From: Octopus sinensis | Taxonomy: Eukaryota | Direction of reading: 5' to 3' | Assembly (NCBI RefSeq): GCF_006345805.1 | Contig: NC_043019.1 | Location: 5,641,360 to 5,705,359 of the forward strand | Length of the DNA: 64,000 nucleotides | In this document: positions 37,160 to 48,898 of the stretch, piece by piece | How positions within the stretch are numbered: position 1 is the stretch's first letter | How the letters are laid out: each line of letters opens with the position of its first letter | Program-made: the position numbers and the translations under genes | Notes under the pieces: generated by a model | Told to the model about the DNA's origin: nothing | Databases searched by the model: none | What the model saw: the letters and a program-made list of their open reading frames with translations, nothing else

Positions 37160-37504
37160 TTAAGGCTCTTTGATTCCAGATTTTGTTTCCACATCTGATC
37201 TTTCATTTCTAATTATATCACAGATTCAGCAATAAGAACAAGATCCTTAGCACGGAGGAGCTTCCATGGCAACCAGTTTTGAACTCCTCTGTTATGACCT
37301 GGAGGAGTATGACAGACAAGAGGAGACCGACAAATGAGCCCTGGGGAAATTCTACCTGCATGTTTAATTTGTGTTGAACCTATCGTCAACTTACCTGTCA
37401 CTGACCACACCTTTGTACATGGCTCAGATGGTTTTCACCAACCATTTGCCCACACTTAGTTTCCACAGTAACCACCAGAGGAGAGAGTGAGGAACACTGT
37501 TAAA

Positions 37505-37560
<56 letters not shown>

Positions 37561-37732
37561 TTTCATATATGTTCGTTTTTATGCAGAGTTTTAATTAAAT
37601 CAATTTGATAAACTGAAGAATTATTCAATACATTTTGCAGAGTAACATATTTTCAGACTGATGAAGGTTAACAGGCTGAAACCTTGAAGTCACAGTCACA
37701 TAACATATTTATTATATGTATATATGTGTGTG

Positions 37733-37762
<30 letters not shown>

Positions 37763-37763
<1 letters not shown>

Positions 37764-38110
37764 CATCATCATCATCGTTTAACGTCCGCTTTCATGCTAG
37801 CATGGGTTGGACGGTTCGACCGGGGAAGCCAGGAGGCTGCACCAGGCTCCAGTCTGATCTGGCAGTGTTTCTACAGCTGGATGCCCTTCCTAATGCCAAC
37901 AACTCCGTGAGTGTAGTGGGTGTTTTTTAACGTCCCAGGCGAGGCTGGCAACGGACACGATCGGTTGGTGCTTTTTACATGTCACCGGCACGGAGGCCAG
38001 TCGGGGCAGCGCTAGCAACGGCCACGTTCGGATTGTTCTTTTATGTGCCACCAGCACTGGTGCCACAACTACAATTTCCATTGATTTTTGAGCGATTTTG
38101 ATTTCAATTC
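37763..38110 (-). mobile_element. Repeat family C
   Basis: (CAT)n tail, core and modules as in other copies. Confidence 0.88.
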
Positions 38111-38127
38111 CAATATATATATATACA

Positions 38128-38342
38128 TTTTTTTACTACCCACAAGGGGACAAACAAGGACAAACAAACGGATCAAGTCGATTACATCGACCCCAGTGCG
38201 AAACTGGTTCTTTATTTATCGACCCCGAAAGGATGAAAGGCAAAGTCGACCTCGGCGGAATTTGAACTCAGAACATAATGACAGACGAAATATGGCTACG
38301 CATTTCGCCCGGCATGCTAACGATTCTGCCAGCTCACCGCCC
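38128..38342 (-). mobile_element. SINE family B
   Basis: Matches other family B copies. Confidence 0.9.
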
Positions 38343-38388
<46 letters not shown>

Positions 38389-38639
38389 TGGATACATACA
38401 TACACACTCGAATCTTTTAAATTAGTTTGTCGGAAACGTTTTGAACATGCAAACAATGCTCCTATTCCATTATGCTGACCACTGTCCATTGATGTTGACC
38501 AGTGAACCAGTCTTTCGGTGTCGCATCAAGTTATACTGATATTACGTAGGATAAATATAATAATAATAACAACAATAATCCTTGGATGATGGAATTGATA
38601 AACCTTTAATTAAATGCTTATTAAACTCCATCCAAGGAT

Positions 38640-38800
38640 TATTGTTATTATTATTATTATTGAGTGAGAGAGCAGTGCATGCCATCAAAGTGACACTGGT
38701 GTAAAATATACCCATCGTGATTACCCGTCTGATAGGGGTACACCAGGCACATGCATCACAACCATATGTATGTGACATGGTGATCTCATATTAACATTAA
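38640..38800 (-). mobile_element. Retroposon 3' end with (TAA)n tail
   Basis: ...GCACTGCTCTCTCACTC(AAT)n on the minus strand; the same terminus GAGTGAGAG recurs at 63891 and 63990. Confidence 0.55.
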
Positions 38801-38943
38801 TAGTGTATGACCCCTGCCAGGAAATTGGAAATGCTTTTGGATTTTATATTTGCCATTACACATGTTTTGTTTGCTAAATGGAAGTACAAAAATTTACATG
38901 TCAGATATGTGAGGAATTTCCTATTAAAATTTCATCAATGAAA

Positions 38944-39115
38944 GCCGGTGGCACGTAAAAAGCACCCACTACACTCTCGGAGTGGTTGGCGTTAGGAAGG
39001 GCAACCAGCTGTAGAAACACTGCCAAATCAGACTGGAGCCTGGTGCAGCCTTCTGGCTTCCCAGACCCCAGTTGAATCGTCCAACCCATGGTAGCACGGA
39101 AAACGGACGTTAAAC

Positions 39116-39158
<43 letters not shown>

Positions 39159-39163
39159 GTGAT
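38944..39163 (+). mobile_element. Repeat family C, 3' part
   Basis: Core plus long (GAT)n tail. Confidence 0.9.
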
Positions 39164-39362
39164 GAAAAATTTTATAATACAAAAATCACATTTGGATGAA
39201 GTGTTTATGTCTGGATGTTAATCAGGAGCAGCACAAACAGCCCCAATGAAGGAAAGAGAAAGATACACACACATCCATGTGCAGACACACAGCAGCAACT
39301 ATGGATACACATTGTTTGTGATAATGGAATAAGCAGATGTGCTTCAAGAAGAAACAGCTGGG

Positions 39363-39401
<39 letters not shown>

Positions 39402-39673
39402 ATGTGTTAGTGTGTGTACACACACGTGCACATGTGTATGTGTGTGTGCCTGCATGTGCGTATGTGTGTATACCATAAGAATGGAGTAGCAGGCATTAAA
39501 TTTATTCCGTGGTCTACAACTGTTTCAACAACATGCAGGTGAGAAATCAAACCTCATGTCAATGGCCATGGATGATAACATCAACCCATTTTGGAATATA
39601 CGTTACATAATAGCTTCTGCAGTCATTTAATTGTAACCAAATAAATGAATGAATATATATACATACATACTCT

Positions 39674-40073
39674 CTCTTTTACTCTTTTACTTGTTTCAGT
39701 CATTTGACTGCGGCCATGCTGGAGCACCGCCTTTAATCGAGCAACTCGACCCCGGGACTTATTCTTTGTAAGCCCAGTACTTATTCTATTGGTCTCTTTT
39801 ACCGAACCGCTAAGTAACGGGGACGTAAACACACCAGCATCGGTTGTCAAGCAATGCTGGGGGGACAAACACAGACACACAAAACATACACGCACATACA
39901 TATATATACATATATACGACGGGCTTCTTTCAGTTTCCCTCTACCAAATCCACTCACAAGGCTTTGGTTGGCCCGAGGCTATAGTAGAAGACATTTGCCC
40001 AAGGTGCCACGCAGTGGGACTGAACCCGGAACCATGTGGTTGGTAAGCAAGCTACTTACCACACAGCCACTCT
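39674..40073 (-). mobile_element. SINE family A, full length
   Basis: Reverse-complement copy of family A. Confidence 0.93.
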
Positions 40074-40075
40074 TG

Positions 40076-40106
<31 letters not shown>

Positions 40107-40450
40107 TTGTTTTATATTTTCTGTTATGATCATGTGAATAATGATGAGAACGGTGGTAGTGGTGGTGGTGGTGGTGGTGGTGGTGTTGTTTGTGGTCATG
40201 TCAGTGGTTCTGATATTGATGATGATGATGAAGATGGTGCCTATAGTGGTGGTGTTAGTGCCCACCATTATGCTGATGGTATAGGTGGTTGTAGATTACA
40301 ATGATGGTGATGTTGAAGAGTAGGAGCAGAAGCAGAAGTAGCAGCAGATTGCTGCGGATGAAGTGTACAGAGTCGACAGTTATTAATTAGCTCAGCACTT
40401 AATGAATATAAATTCTTCGCTGACACTTCTGTATTTAAGTACCACAGATT

Positions 40451-40626
40451 TCAGGAACTCAATGATTTCCTGAGTTTGGGCAGAAGTAACGAGTTGAGAG
40501 GTTCTTTCATTGATATAACATCACTTGATGATGATGGTGGTGGCGGCAGTGGCGGCAGTGGCGGCGGCGGTGGTGGTGGTGGTGGTGGTGGTGGTGGTGG
40601 TGGTGGTAGTGGTGGTGGTATGACTA
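40451..40626 (-). CDS. Candidate terminal exon (V)VIPPPL(P)n...SSDVISMKEPLNSLLLPKLRKSLSS*
   Basis: Strong acceptor ctcctccttctacccctgcag, phase 1 compatible with the exon at 46036; but largely a (CCA)n repeat. Confidence 0.35.
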
Positions 40627-40913
40627 CTGCAGGGGTAGAAGGAGGAGACAGTAACAACAACAAGGACAGGCAGACTGCTAACAACCACATCAATGTGTGC
40701 GTAGATGTGAAGTGAGGAAAAGAGGAGAAAGAGAGAGGGAGAGAGAGGGAGAGAGAGAGAGAGGGTTTCACTAAAATGGTTTTGCTGTTTTAAAAACCAT
40801 TAAAAGATAAAAACATGTTTATTTTCAGTGAAGTATCTTTTATTTTCTGGTCTACTAATGAGTTTTATAGATATATACACACACATATATATCTATTGGT
40901 ACAGACCACCCCA

Positions 40914-40964
<51 letters not shown>

Positions 40965-40965
40965 C

Positions 40966-41445
40966 TCATCATCATCAACATTTAACGTCCGCTTTCCATG
41001 CTTGCATGGGTTGGCTGATTTGACTAAGGTCTGGCGAACCAGATGGCTGCACCAGGCTCCAATCTGATCTGGCAGAATTTCTACAGCTGGATGCCCTTCC
41101 TAATGCCAACCACTCCGAGAGTGTAGTGGGTGCTTTTACGTGTCACCGTCATGAGGGCCAGTCAGGCAGTACTGGCAACAGCCACACTCAAATGGTGTTT
41201 TTTATGTGCCACCTGCACAGGAGCCTGTCCAGCGGCACTGGCAACGACCTCGCTCAAATGTTTTTTTACGTGCCACCAGCACAAGTGCCAGTAAGGTGAT
41301 GCAGGTAACAACCATGCTCAAATGGTGTTTTTTACGTGCCATCGGCACGGAGGCTAGCTTGTTGTTCTGGCAACGATCTCACTAGTATGGTACTTTTAGT
41401 GCTTCACTAGCATGGATGCCAGTCATCCAATTTGATTTCGATTTC
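40966..41445 (-). mobile_element. Repeat family C with several diverged ~60-bp modules
   Basis: (CAT)n tail, core, repeated GGCAACGAYC..CTCAAATG..TTTTACGTGCCACC modules. Confidence 0.85.
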
Positions 41446-41478
41446 GATATATTTATATAGGTAGATAGATAGATAAAT

Positions 41479-41518
<40 letters not shown>

Positions 41519-41683
41519 AAGATTAGGCTTGATATATATAAACACACACACACACACACATAGATATACATATGTATAGAGTGAGAGATATGTGTAGATT
41601 CAAATAAGTAAATATATTCAGAAGATAAACACATATACACAAGCATATAGATATTAATATATATATAGACAAATAAATTCCAT

Positions 41684-43240
41684 TGTGGTACCAGTGCCGG
41701 TGGTACACAAGAGAAAACCATCCGAAAGTGGCCGTAGCCAGTTCCGCATCGACCGGCCTCCGTTCTGTGGGCACATGACAAACACCATCCGATCGTGGCC
41801 GTTCGCCAGCCTCATCTAGCACCTGTGTCGGTGGCACATAAAAATACCATCCGAAGACCCGGCAAGACTAGTCAGGCCATAACCCATGGCCCCTACCTGG
41901 GACGTAGTCAGTCCACCTGTGCATACCTTCCTTCTTGTGACACTTGTGAAGACCTGTTGAGGCAAGTGAAAATCAAATCAAAACAAATCAAAATAGATGA
42001 ACATCAATGGAATCTGTATCTTTGTGGTACCAGTGCCGGTGGCACACATGAGAACCATCCGAACGTGGCCGTAGCCAGTTCCGCATCGACCGGCCTCCGT
42101 GCTGTGGGCACGTAACAAACACCATCCGATCATGGCCGTTCGCCAGCCTCATCTGGCACCTGTGTCGGTGGCACATAAAAACACCTTCCGAAGACCCGGC
42201 AAGACTAGTCAGTCCACCTGTGCATACCTTCCTTCCTTCTTGTGACACTTGTGAAGACCGGTTGAGGCAAGTGAAAATCAAATCAAATCAAATCAAAATA
42301 GACAAAATAGATGAACATCAATGGAATTTGTATCTTGTGGTACCAGTGCCTGTGGCACACAAGAAATCCATCAGTGCCGTAGTCAGTGCGGTGGGCACAT
42401 GACAAACACCATCCGATCGTGGCCGTTCGCCAGCCTCATCTAGCACCTGTGTCGGTGGCACATAAAAACACCATCCGAAGACCCGGCAAGACTAGTCAGG
42501 CCATAACCCATGGCCCCTACCTGGGACGTAGTCAGTCCACCTGTGCATACCTTCCTTCTTGTGACACTTGTGAAGACCTGTTGAGGCAAGTGAAAATAAA
42601 ATCAAATCAAAACAAATCAAAATAGATGAACATCAATGGAATTTGTACCTTTGTGGTACCAGTGCCGGTGGCACGTGGCACATAAGAAAACCATCCGAAC
42701 GTGGCCGTAGCCAGTACCGCATCGACTGGCCTCCGTGCTGTGGGCACGTAACAAGCACCATCCGATCGTGGCCGTTTGCCAGCCTCATCTGGCACCTGTG
42801 TCGGTGGCACATAAAAACACCATCCGAGCGTGGCCGTCTGCCAGCCTCGTCTGGCACCTGTGTCGGTGGCACATAAAAACACCATCCGAGCGTGGCCGTC
42901 TGCCAGCCTCGTCTGGCACCTGTGTCGGTGGCACATAAAAAACACCATCCGAGCGTGGCCGTCTGCCAGCCTCGTCTGGCACCTGTGTCGGTGGCACATA
43001 AAAACACCATCCGAGCGTGGCCGTTTGTCAGCCTCGTCTGGCACCTGTGTCGGTGGCACATAAAATCACCCACTACACTCTCGGAGTGGTTGGCGTTAGG
43101 AAGGGCATCCAGCTGTAGAAACACTGCCAGATCTGACTGGACTGGTGCAGCTTTCGGGCTCCCCAGACCCCAGTTGAACCGTCCAACCCATGCTAGCATG
43201 GAAAGCGGACGTTAAATGATGATGATGATGATGATGATGA
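41684..43240 (+). repeat. Higher-order tandem array of the family C 5' unit, ending in ~60-bp modules, core and (GAT)n tail
   Basis: TGTGGTACCAGTGCC starts at 41684, 42023, 42336 and 42652 (units 339, 313, 316 bp); ~59-bp repeats at ~42780-43062. Confidence 0.92.
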
Positions 43241-43592
43241 TGGAACATAAAAAATACGGAATACTGAATGTTATGATGTAGGAAGCTGGTCTTATGGTGA
43301 TGTCTCTGTGTGACCATTTATTGGTTGCATATCCTTGACGTTGTGCACATTTTGTCTGTTAATTATGTTCATTCTGATTATTTCATAATTCTGAGCCCCC
43401 AGAAACAGCTGTTGAGTTAAAAATACTATGTGTTCTCTCTTCAGCATTCTGTACTTTTTCATGCTCCATGTGAATTTATATATATATATACATTACATAT
43501 ACATCAAGCCAAACATTCAAACATTGAAACTGATGGGAACAACCATCATACACACACACACATGTATACATACATATATGCATATAAATATA

Positions 43593-43800
43593 TATGAGGG
43601 GGTGCTGAAAAATTCCTGGTTTTGGATAAGAGAAAATACAGGAGGATCAGTTAATGATTTTATTCAACATAATCCTATCTCAGATTCACATACTTATTGC
43701 TGTGGTCCTTCAGTTTTTGTAAACCCTATAAAAGAACTCGGAAATTTAGGTCTCCAACTAAGCATTTCAACAATATTCTTAAAGCAAGAACTTTTCAACA
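43593..43800. mobile_element. Solo mariner-type terminus
   Basis: TATGAGGGGGTGCTGAAAAATTCCTGG TIR-like start; partner end not found. Confidence 0.5.
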
Positions 43801-43994
43801 TCTCTTTTGTTATAATCCATAACAGAGAAATTTAAAACTGGTTGTCCACGGGACTTCTCTATGCCGTTGACATTGTTCTTATAGTTAAATCTATAGCAGA
43901 ATTCGAGAAGAAATTCAGGTGTGCAAGCAAGGACTGGAATCAAAGGGCCTTAGGGTAAATTTGGCAAAGGCCAAAGTACTAGTAAGCAGGAAAG

Positions 43995-44286
43995 AAGAAG
44001 GCTCTGTTCAATAGCGTCGGCTGCGGGGTCGCTCCGAAAAGCTCTATCTGCAACGATTTCATCTCAATCGAAGGAGAGGGGCTTTCTCCGTCCGGGTTGC
44101 GGATCCGTGGAATAAGCTGCCGGACGAGATAGTGAAGATGCCAACGACCGCTCGGTTCAAAGACTCTCTTGACCAGAAATGGCCTGAACTCTTTGCATGA
44201 ACACCCTCCTTGTACATAACTCCATGTCCCCCTACATGGCTTTGCTTTTGCTTTTTGAGCCAAAAAATGAACTTAACTTAACTTAA
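43995..44286 (+). mobile_element. Young 5'-truncated CR1-clade LINE
   Basis: Uninterrupted frame RLRGRSEKLYLQRFHLNRRRGAFSVRVADPWNKLPDEIVKMPTTARFKDSLDQKWPELFA*; (AACTT)n tail. Confidence 0.88.
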
Positions 44287-44762
44287 TATATAGGAAAGAT
44301 GTAGATAGAAATTCCATATGGTGTACCCAGACAGGCTATGGACATATAAGAGGAAGGTTAATAGTAAAAGTAGTCTTTGTATGGGGTACAGATGCAGGAA
44401 CTATAAACACTGTGAACACACAGGAAAGAGATTTCCTCTAATGCCTAGGACTTCCTTGGAGATAGTAGAAATTTCCTGTTACCAAGGTGACTAAATTAGT
44501 AGTGATGGAGGAATCACTAAAAGTGTAGTTGCCTGAATGAGAACCAGCTGGGCAAAGTTCACGAGATCTATCACCAAAGTGATAACAAGGATCTCTCCTT
44601 CAGATTGGAAGGCAGATTGTATGATGCTTGTGTACAGCTATGGTGCGTACATGGTAGTGAAATGTCAGTTGTGAATGCAAAAGCCTGAAGGAAATGAAGC
44701 TTGCATATTTTGTGGGATGTGCAATGTCAGTGTGCATGTATGACCGAGGGTAAATGTTTTCT

Positions 44763-45056
44763 CCAGCGCCACCTGACTGGCGTCTGTGTTGGTGACACGT
44801 AAAAAGCACCAACCGATCGTGGCCGATGCCAGCGCCTTCTTGACTGGCTTCTGTGCCGATGGCACGTAAAAAGCACCCACTACACTCACGGAGTGGTTGG
44901 CATTAGGAAGGGCATCCAGCTGTAGAAACACTGCCAGATCAGACTGGAGCCTGGTGCAGCCTTCTGGCTTCCCAGATCCCCGGTCAAACCGTTCAACTCA
45001 TGCTAGCATGGAAAATGGACGTTAAACGATGATGATGATGATGATGATGATGATGA
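44763..45056 (+). mobile_element. Repeat family C inserted in the RTE fragment
   Basis: Core plus (GAT)n tail; RTE resumes on the 3' side. Confidence 0.9.
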
Positions 45057-45524
45057 CTACATCAGACGCAGTGTGCAAGAGAGAAGACTGAGCTGATATG
45101 GTCATGTGATGCCTATGGATGGGGACAGCTGCATAAAAAAGTGCCAATCTCAAACTGTGAAGAAGATCTGGAAAAACACGGTACTAAACTAACTTGAAAG
45201 TGTTACTTGTAATGCTGAAGACAGCAGTGAATGTCCTGCCAAGTCAATTCACTGACTTAACAAATGCTAAGAAGCATCAAGATTCTATCAGTTGACCAAA
45301 TTTCGTCAGTACTGATGCTAATTAATAGACACTACATAAGCTGCTTCTGTTACTAATAGCTTTTCATGCCATCATTGGTTAGTATTAATCTATATTAGGT
45401 TGACTGACTTTTGGTCTGGCGTTTGGTGTTTGGCTAGCTGCTGCTGCTGTTATGCAATGCAGTGAAAACACAGGATTTGGTAGTTCCATTCATCAATGCT
45501 TACGAAATTTCATTTTAGAATTTT

Positions 45525-45695
45525 GAACACAACAACGCGAGGATGTGGAACAAGTATAGTATTATTGGACGCTCAGGAAGGAAGGAAAGAAGGGGAGTTT
45601 AACGTTTCGAGCGGAGCTCTTTATCAGAAACATAGGAAAAGGGAAGACGGAGGAAAAAAATCGCCAACGGTACACACGCGGTCACATTTTGAATG
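45525..45695 (-). mobile_element. Short HHR-bearing Penelope-like mini-element (HHR at 45597-45631)
   Basis: GTTT-CTGATAA-A-GAGC-TCC-GCTC-GAAAC-GTT-AAAC (G8 to A); homologous to 3770-3915. Confidence 0.72.
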
Positions 45696-46035
45696 CAAAG
45701 TATATATATAATAATTATTTGAGGGAATATTAATCCTAACTTACTGGGAAAAATTCAATTTAGAAATACTAAATCAAATTTCAAACAATATAATATATAT
45801 ATATATATATAAAAATTAGAAAAAAACACCTTTTATCAATTCAAAATGAACAATTAAATTACACCATCTAGAAAATTACATATAATAGAAATACTAAAAT
45901 TAAAATAACAATAATATACCGAAGATTAAGTAAATTGCATAAAAATAATAAAAACGTATATATATATGTATACTTACAATGATACACACACACAAGCAGA
46001 CACATACATACATATATATGAATAGATATAAATAC

Positions 46036-46175
46036 CTGAAAATGTATTGTTGAGGCGTCCTTGAGGATAGTGGGCAGTGGTCAGTGACAAGGCCATTTTA
46101 TTTGGACGGCTCAAGTAGGATGGCGGTTCATTACTGGAATCCCATGATGCAACAGAAGAATGGTTGCCCTCGGTC
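46036..46175 (-). CDS. Internal coding exon TEGNHSSVASWDSSNEPPSYLSRPNKMALSLTTAHYPQGRLNNTFS of an unidentified gene
   Basis: Long polypyrimidine acceptor ccttttctctctctgcag, donor CAG|gtattt, 140 nt, single open frame (phase 2 to 1), non-repetitive sequence. Confidence 0.7.
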
Positions 46176-46387
46176 CTGCAGAGAGAGAAAAGGAATTGAA
46201 GGAGGGGCTGTTTAGTGTGACATCTGGGTCTGGGTTGAGGAAAACGAACAGACAAGATAAGTAAATGTGTGTGTGTGTGTGCATGCATAGAGAGGGCGGG
46301 GGGAAGAGGGTGAGAAAGGGGTAGGCTGCAAGAGAGAGAGAGAGATGAAAAGAGAAAATGATAGATATATTTATATGAGACACTCAC

Positions 46388-46422
46388 CAATATGAATTAC
46401 ATCTGTTATAAGACACACAGCT
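46388..46422 (-). CDS. Candidate short upstream exon (SCVSYNR)CNSYW
   Basis: Strong donor TTG|gtgagt; phase-2 end joins the 46036-46175 exon in frame across a 212-nt intron; acceptor either at 46402/3 or 46422/3. Confidence 0.45.
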
Positions 46423-46462
46423 CTATTGAGAAAAGCCTAACCAGCATAGAGGTGTGTGTATG

Positions 46463-46494
<32 letters not shown>

Positions 46495-46499
<5 letters not shown>

Positions 46500-46909
46500 A
46501 CTCTTTTACTTGTTTCAGTCATTTGACTGCGGCCATGCTGGAGCACCGCCTTTAGTCGAGTAAATCGACCCCAGGATTTATTCTTTTGTAAGCCCAGTAC
46601 TTATTCTATCGGTCTCTTTTTGCCGAACCGCTAAGTGACGGGGACGTAAACACACCAGCATCGGTTGTCAAGCAATGCTGGGGGGACAAACACACACACA
46701 CAAACACACACACACACACAAACACACACATATATATACATATATATGACGGGCTTCTTTCAGTTTCCGTCTACCAAATCCACTCACAAGGCATTGGTCG
46801 GCCCAGGGCTATAGCAGAAGACACTTGCCCAAGATGCCAAGCAGTGGGACTGAACCCGGAACTATGTGGTTGGTTAGCAAGCTACTTACCACACAGCCAC
46901 TCCTGCGCC
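46495..46909 (-). mobile_element. SINE family A, full length
   Basis: Reverse-complement copy of family A. Confidence 0.94.
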
Positions 46910-47192
46910 TATCTCTCTCTCATTATGCTGTATAACTAACTGTTAAATAAAAAGAAAAGTTTCAAGATGTACCAGTCTCTGTATTCTTTGTAATTGTTCG
47001 GAATTTACACTCCTGCAAAAATTTATAATCCAGAGAAGTGAATCCAGATTTACCTGTTGGAAGAATTACAGTGGGATTATTGCTCACACTAAGCAATCAT
47101 TAATCTTTATTACGACTTGACGTGGTTAGTCAGAACCTGGAATACACCTTAGAGCTATTATGATACTCACCTAGATAATTTATCCTTATATA

Positions 47193-47236
<44 letters not shown>

Positions 47237-47240
<4 letters not shown>

Positions 47241-47538
47241 CGTGATCACCGTGCCCGATCAGGCTATCAGATGTTGCTACACATCGCTGGTCACAATGTG
47301 CTTCGCATTGTTTTAGCCTTCAAATGATGCCACCCTGCTGGCTAAGCGAGCAGGCCAATAGAAGAAAGAGTGAGAGAAAGTTGCGGCGGAAGAGTACAGC
47401 AGGGATTGCCACTACACCCTCGTGGAGCTATAGGTGTTTTCGCTCAATAAACACCCCCAACACCCGGTCAGGGAATTGAAACCGCGATCCTACAACCACG
47501 AGTCCACTGCCCTAACCACTGGGCCATTGTGCCTCCAC
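47237..47538 (-). mobile_element. SINE family E, tail type 2
   Basis: Same head and body as 19790-19970 but a different 3' tail, matching 21961-22082. Confidence 0.88.
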
Positions 47539-47761
47539 ATATATATATATACATGGCATAAATATATTGAACTTCCAGGATACACTACATATTGTTTCAT
47601 GATGTTATTCTTTTAAGTGTAATCTACTGTTCAGGCGTGAACTCATTCCCCCAAGAACCCTTCATCATCCTGTTGTCGTGTATGTGTCAATGTGTACCCA
47701 TTTACTGCCACCTGTCTAGTAACAGCTACTGTATACATAAACGCTTCACCATTATTACATA

Positions 47762-48178
47762 GGCGTAGGAGTGGCTGTGTGGTAAGTAGCTTGCTTACCA
47801 ACAACATGGTTCCAGGTTCAGTCTCACTGTGTGGCACCTTTGGCAAGCGTCTTCTACTGTAGCCTTGGGCTGACCAAAGCCTTGTGAGTGGATTTGGTAG
47901 AGGGAAACTGAAAGAAGCCCGTCGTATATATGTATATATATATATATATATGTATGTGTGTATTTGTTTGTGTGTCTGTGTTTGCCACCCAACATCACTT
48001 GGCAACTGATGCTGGTGTGTTTACGGCCCCGTCACTTAGCAGTTCAGCAAAAGAGACCAATAGAATAAGTACTAGGCTTACAAAGAAAAGTCCTGGGGGT
48101 CGATTTGCTCGACTAAAAGCGGTACTCCAGCATGGCCGCAGACAAATGACTGAAACAAGTAAAAAGAGTAAAGAGTAC
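47762..48178 (+). mobile_element. SINE family A, full length
   Basis: Head through tail intact. Confidence 0.93.
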
Positions 48179-48579
48179 CTATCTATGTAAATACAGAAAT
48201 ATCTAGATCTGTCTTTCTAACAAAATCCTACACATTAGCTGATGTATTTCATACCTGGCTCCCAGCTACCTGTGCCTCAAAATCTATCCATCTGCCTAGC
48301 AGATAATGTGCAACAGTATGTGTGAGCAGACGTGTGTTTGCTTGTATGTGTGTGAAGGTGTGTGTGTCTTCATTAATATGCATTCTTACCATCATCAGTT
48401 AGAAAAGAGTTAAACCCCTTAGATAAGTTACCAGTATGAATTATCTCCCATGTCTCGATATATATACCCATATCGAAATGGATATCAGCGTGGGGGAAGA
48501 GGGAGGGGTGAAGAGGTTAATTCACCCCCCTGAACAATGATGTACATAAATATGACGGCATCTCATAAGGGGCTTCAAT

Positions 48580-48638
48580 GCATATTCTGGGTATTCTATG
48601 AGGGTACAAACTAGAATTATCTCATTCACACACACACA

Positions 48639-48717
<79 letters not shown>

Positions 48718-48857
48718 CACACACACACACACGAACAGGGTGTTCAGGCTAAATTTTATGACTTTTGTTTCCTTTTCCCAGGAGAATAGTCAATGGTGTT
48801 GGAATTCTCCTGGGAAAAGGAAACAAAAATCATGAAAATTTAGCCGGAACACCCTGT

Positions 48858-48898
<41 letters not shown>

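Larger units (their letters stand above)
35960..37500 (-). mobile_element. Decayed RTE LINE RT region interrupted by a piggyBac-like MITE
   Basis: LPWKLLRAKDLVLIAES (from WELLYADDLVLIAES), LESKSLKV across the TTAA junction, SSGGGCAESIVTRIRI. Confidence 0.82.
43800..45190 (+). mobile_element. Decayed RTE LINE RT region with CR1 and family C insertions
   Basis: FKTGCP..LLYAVDIVLIV, GLESKGLRVNLAKAKVLVSRK, RKDVDRNSIWCTQ, RLYDACV, VQERRL remnants. Confidence 0.82.

Noticed and set aside
37650-37690. CTGATGA...GAAAC at hammerhead-like spacing
   Set aside because: Stem II is poorly paired and no stem I partner exists; too decayed to call.
41860-41990. Possible HDV-like ribozyme in the family C 5' unit
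   Set aside because: I found only simple hairpins (GGCCAT/ATGGCC, CTAC/GTAG) and could not assign P1, P1.1, P2 and P3; a descriptor search would be needed.
42780-43062. CRISPR-like appearance of the ~59-bp repeats (also at 62870-63190)
   Set aside because: The repeats are contiguous with no unique spacers, there are no cas genes, and the context is a eukaryotic retroposon.
47150-47190. Strong minus-strand donor gtgagtat
   Set aside because: It runs straight into a microsatellite and SINE with no acceptor.
48388-48490. Minus-strand donor gtaaga with open frame MGIYIETWEIIHTG
   Set aside because: No good acceptor, and its phase is incompatible with the 46388 exon.
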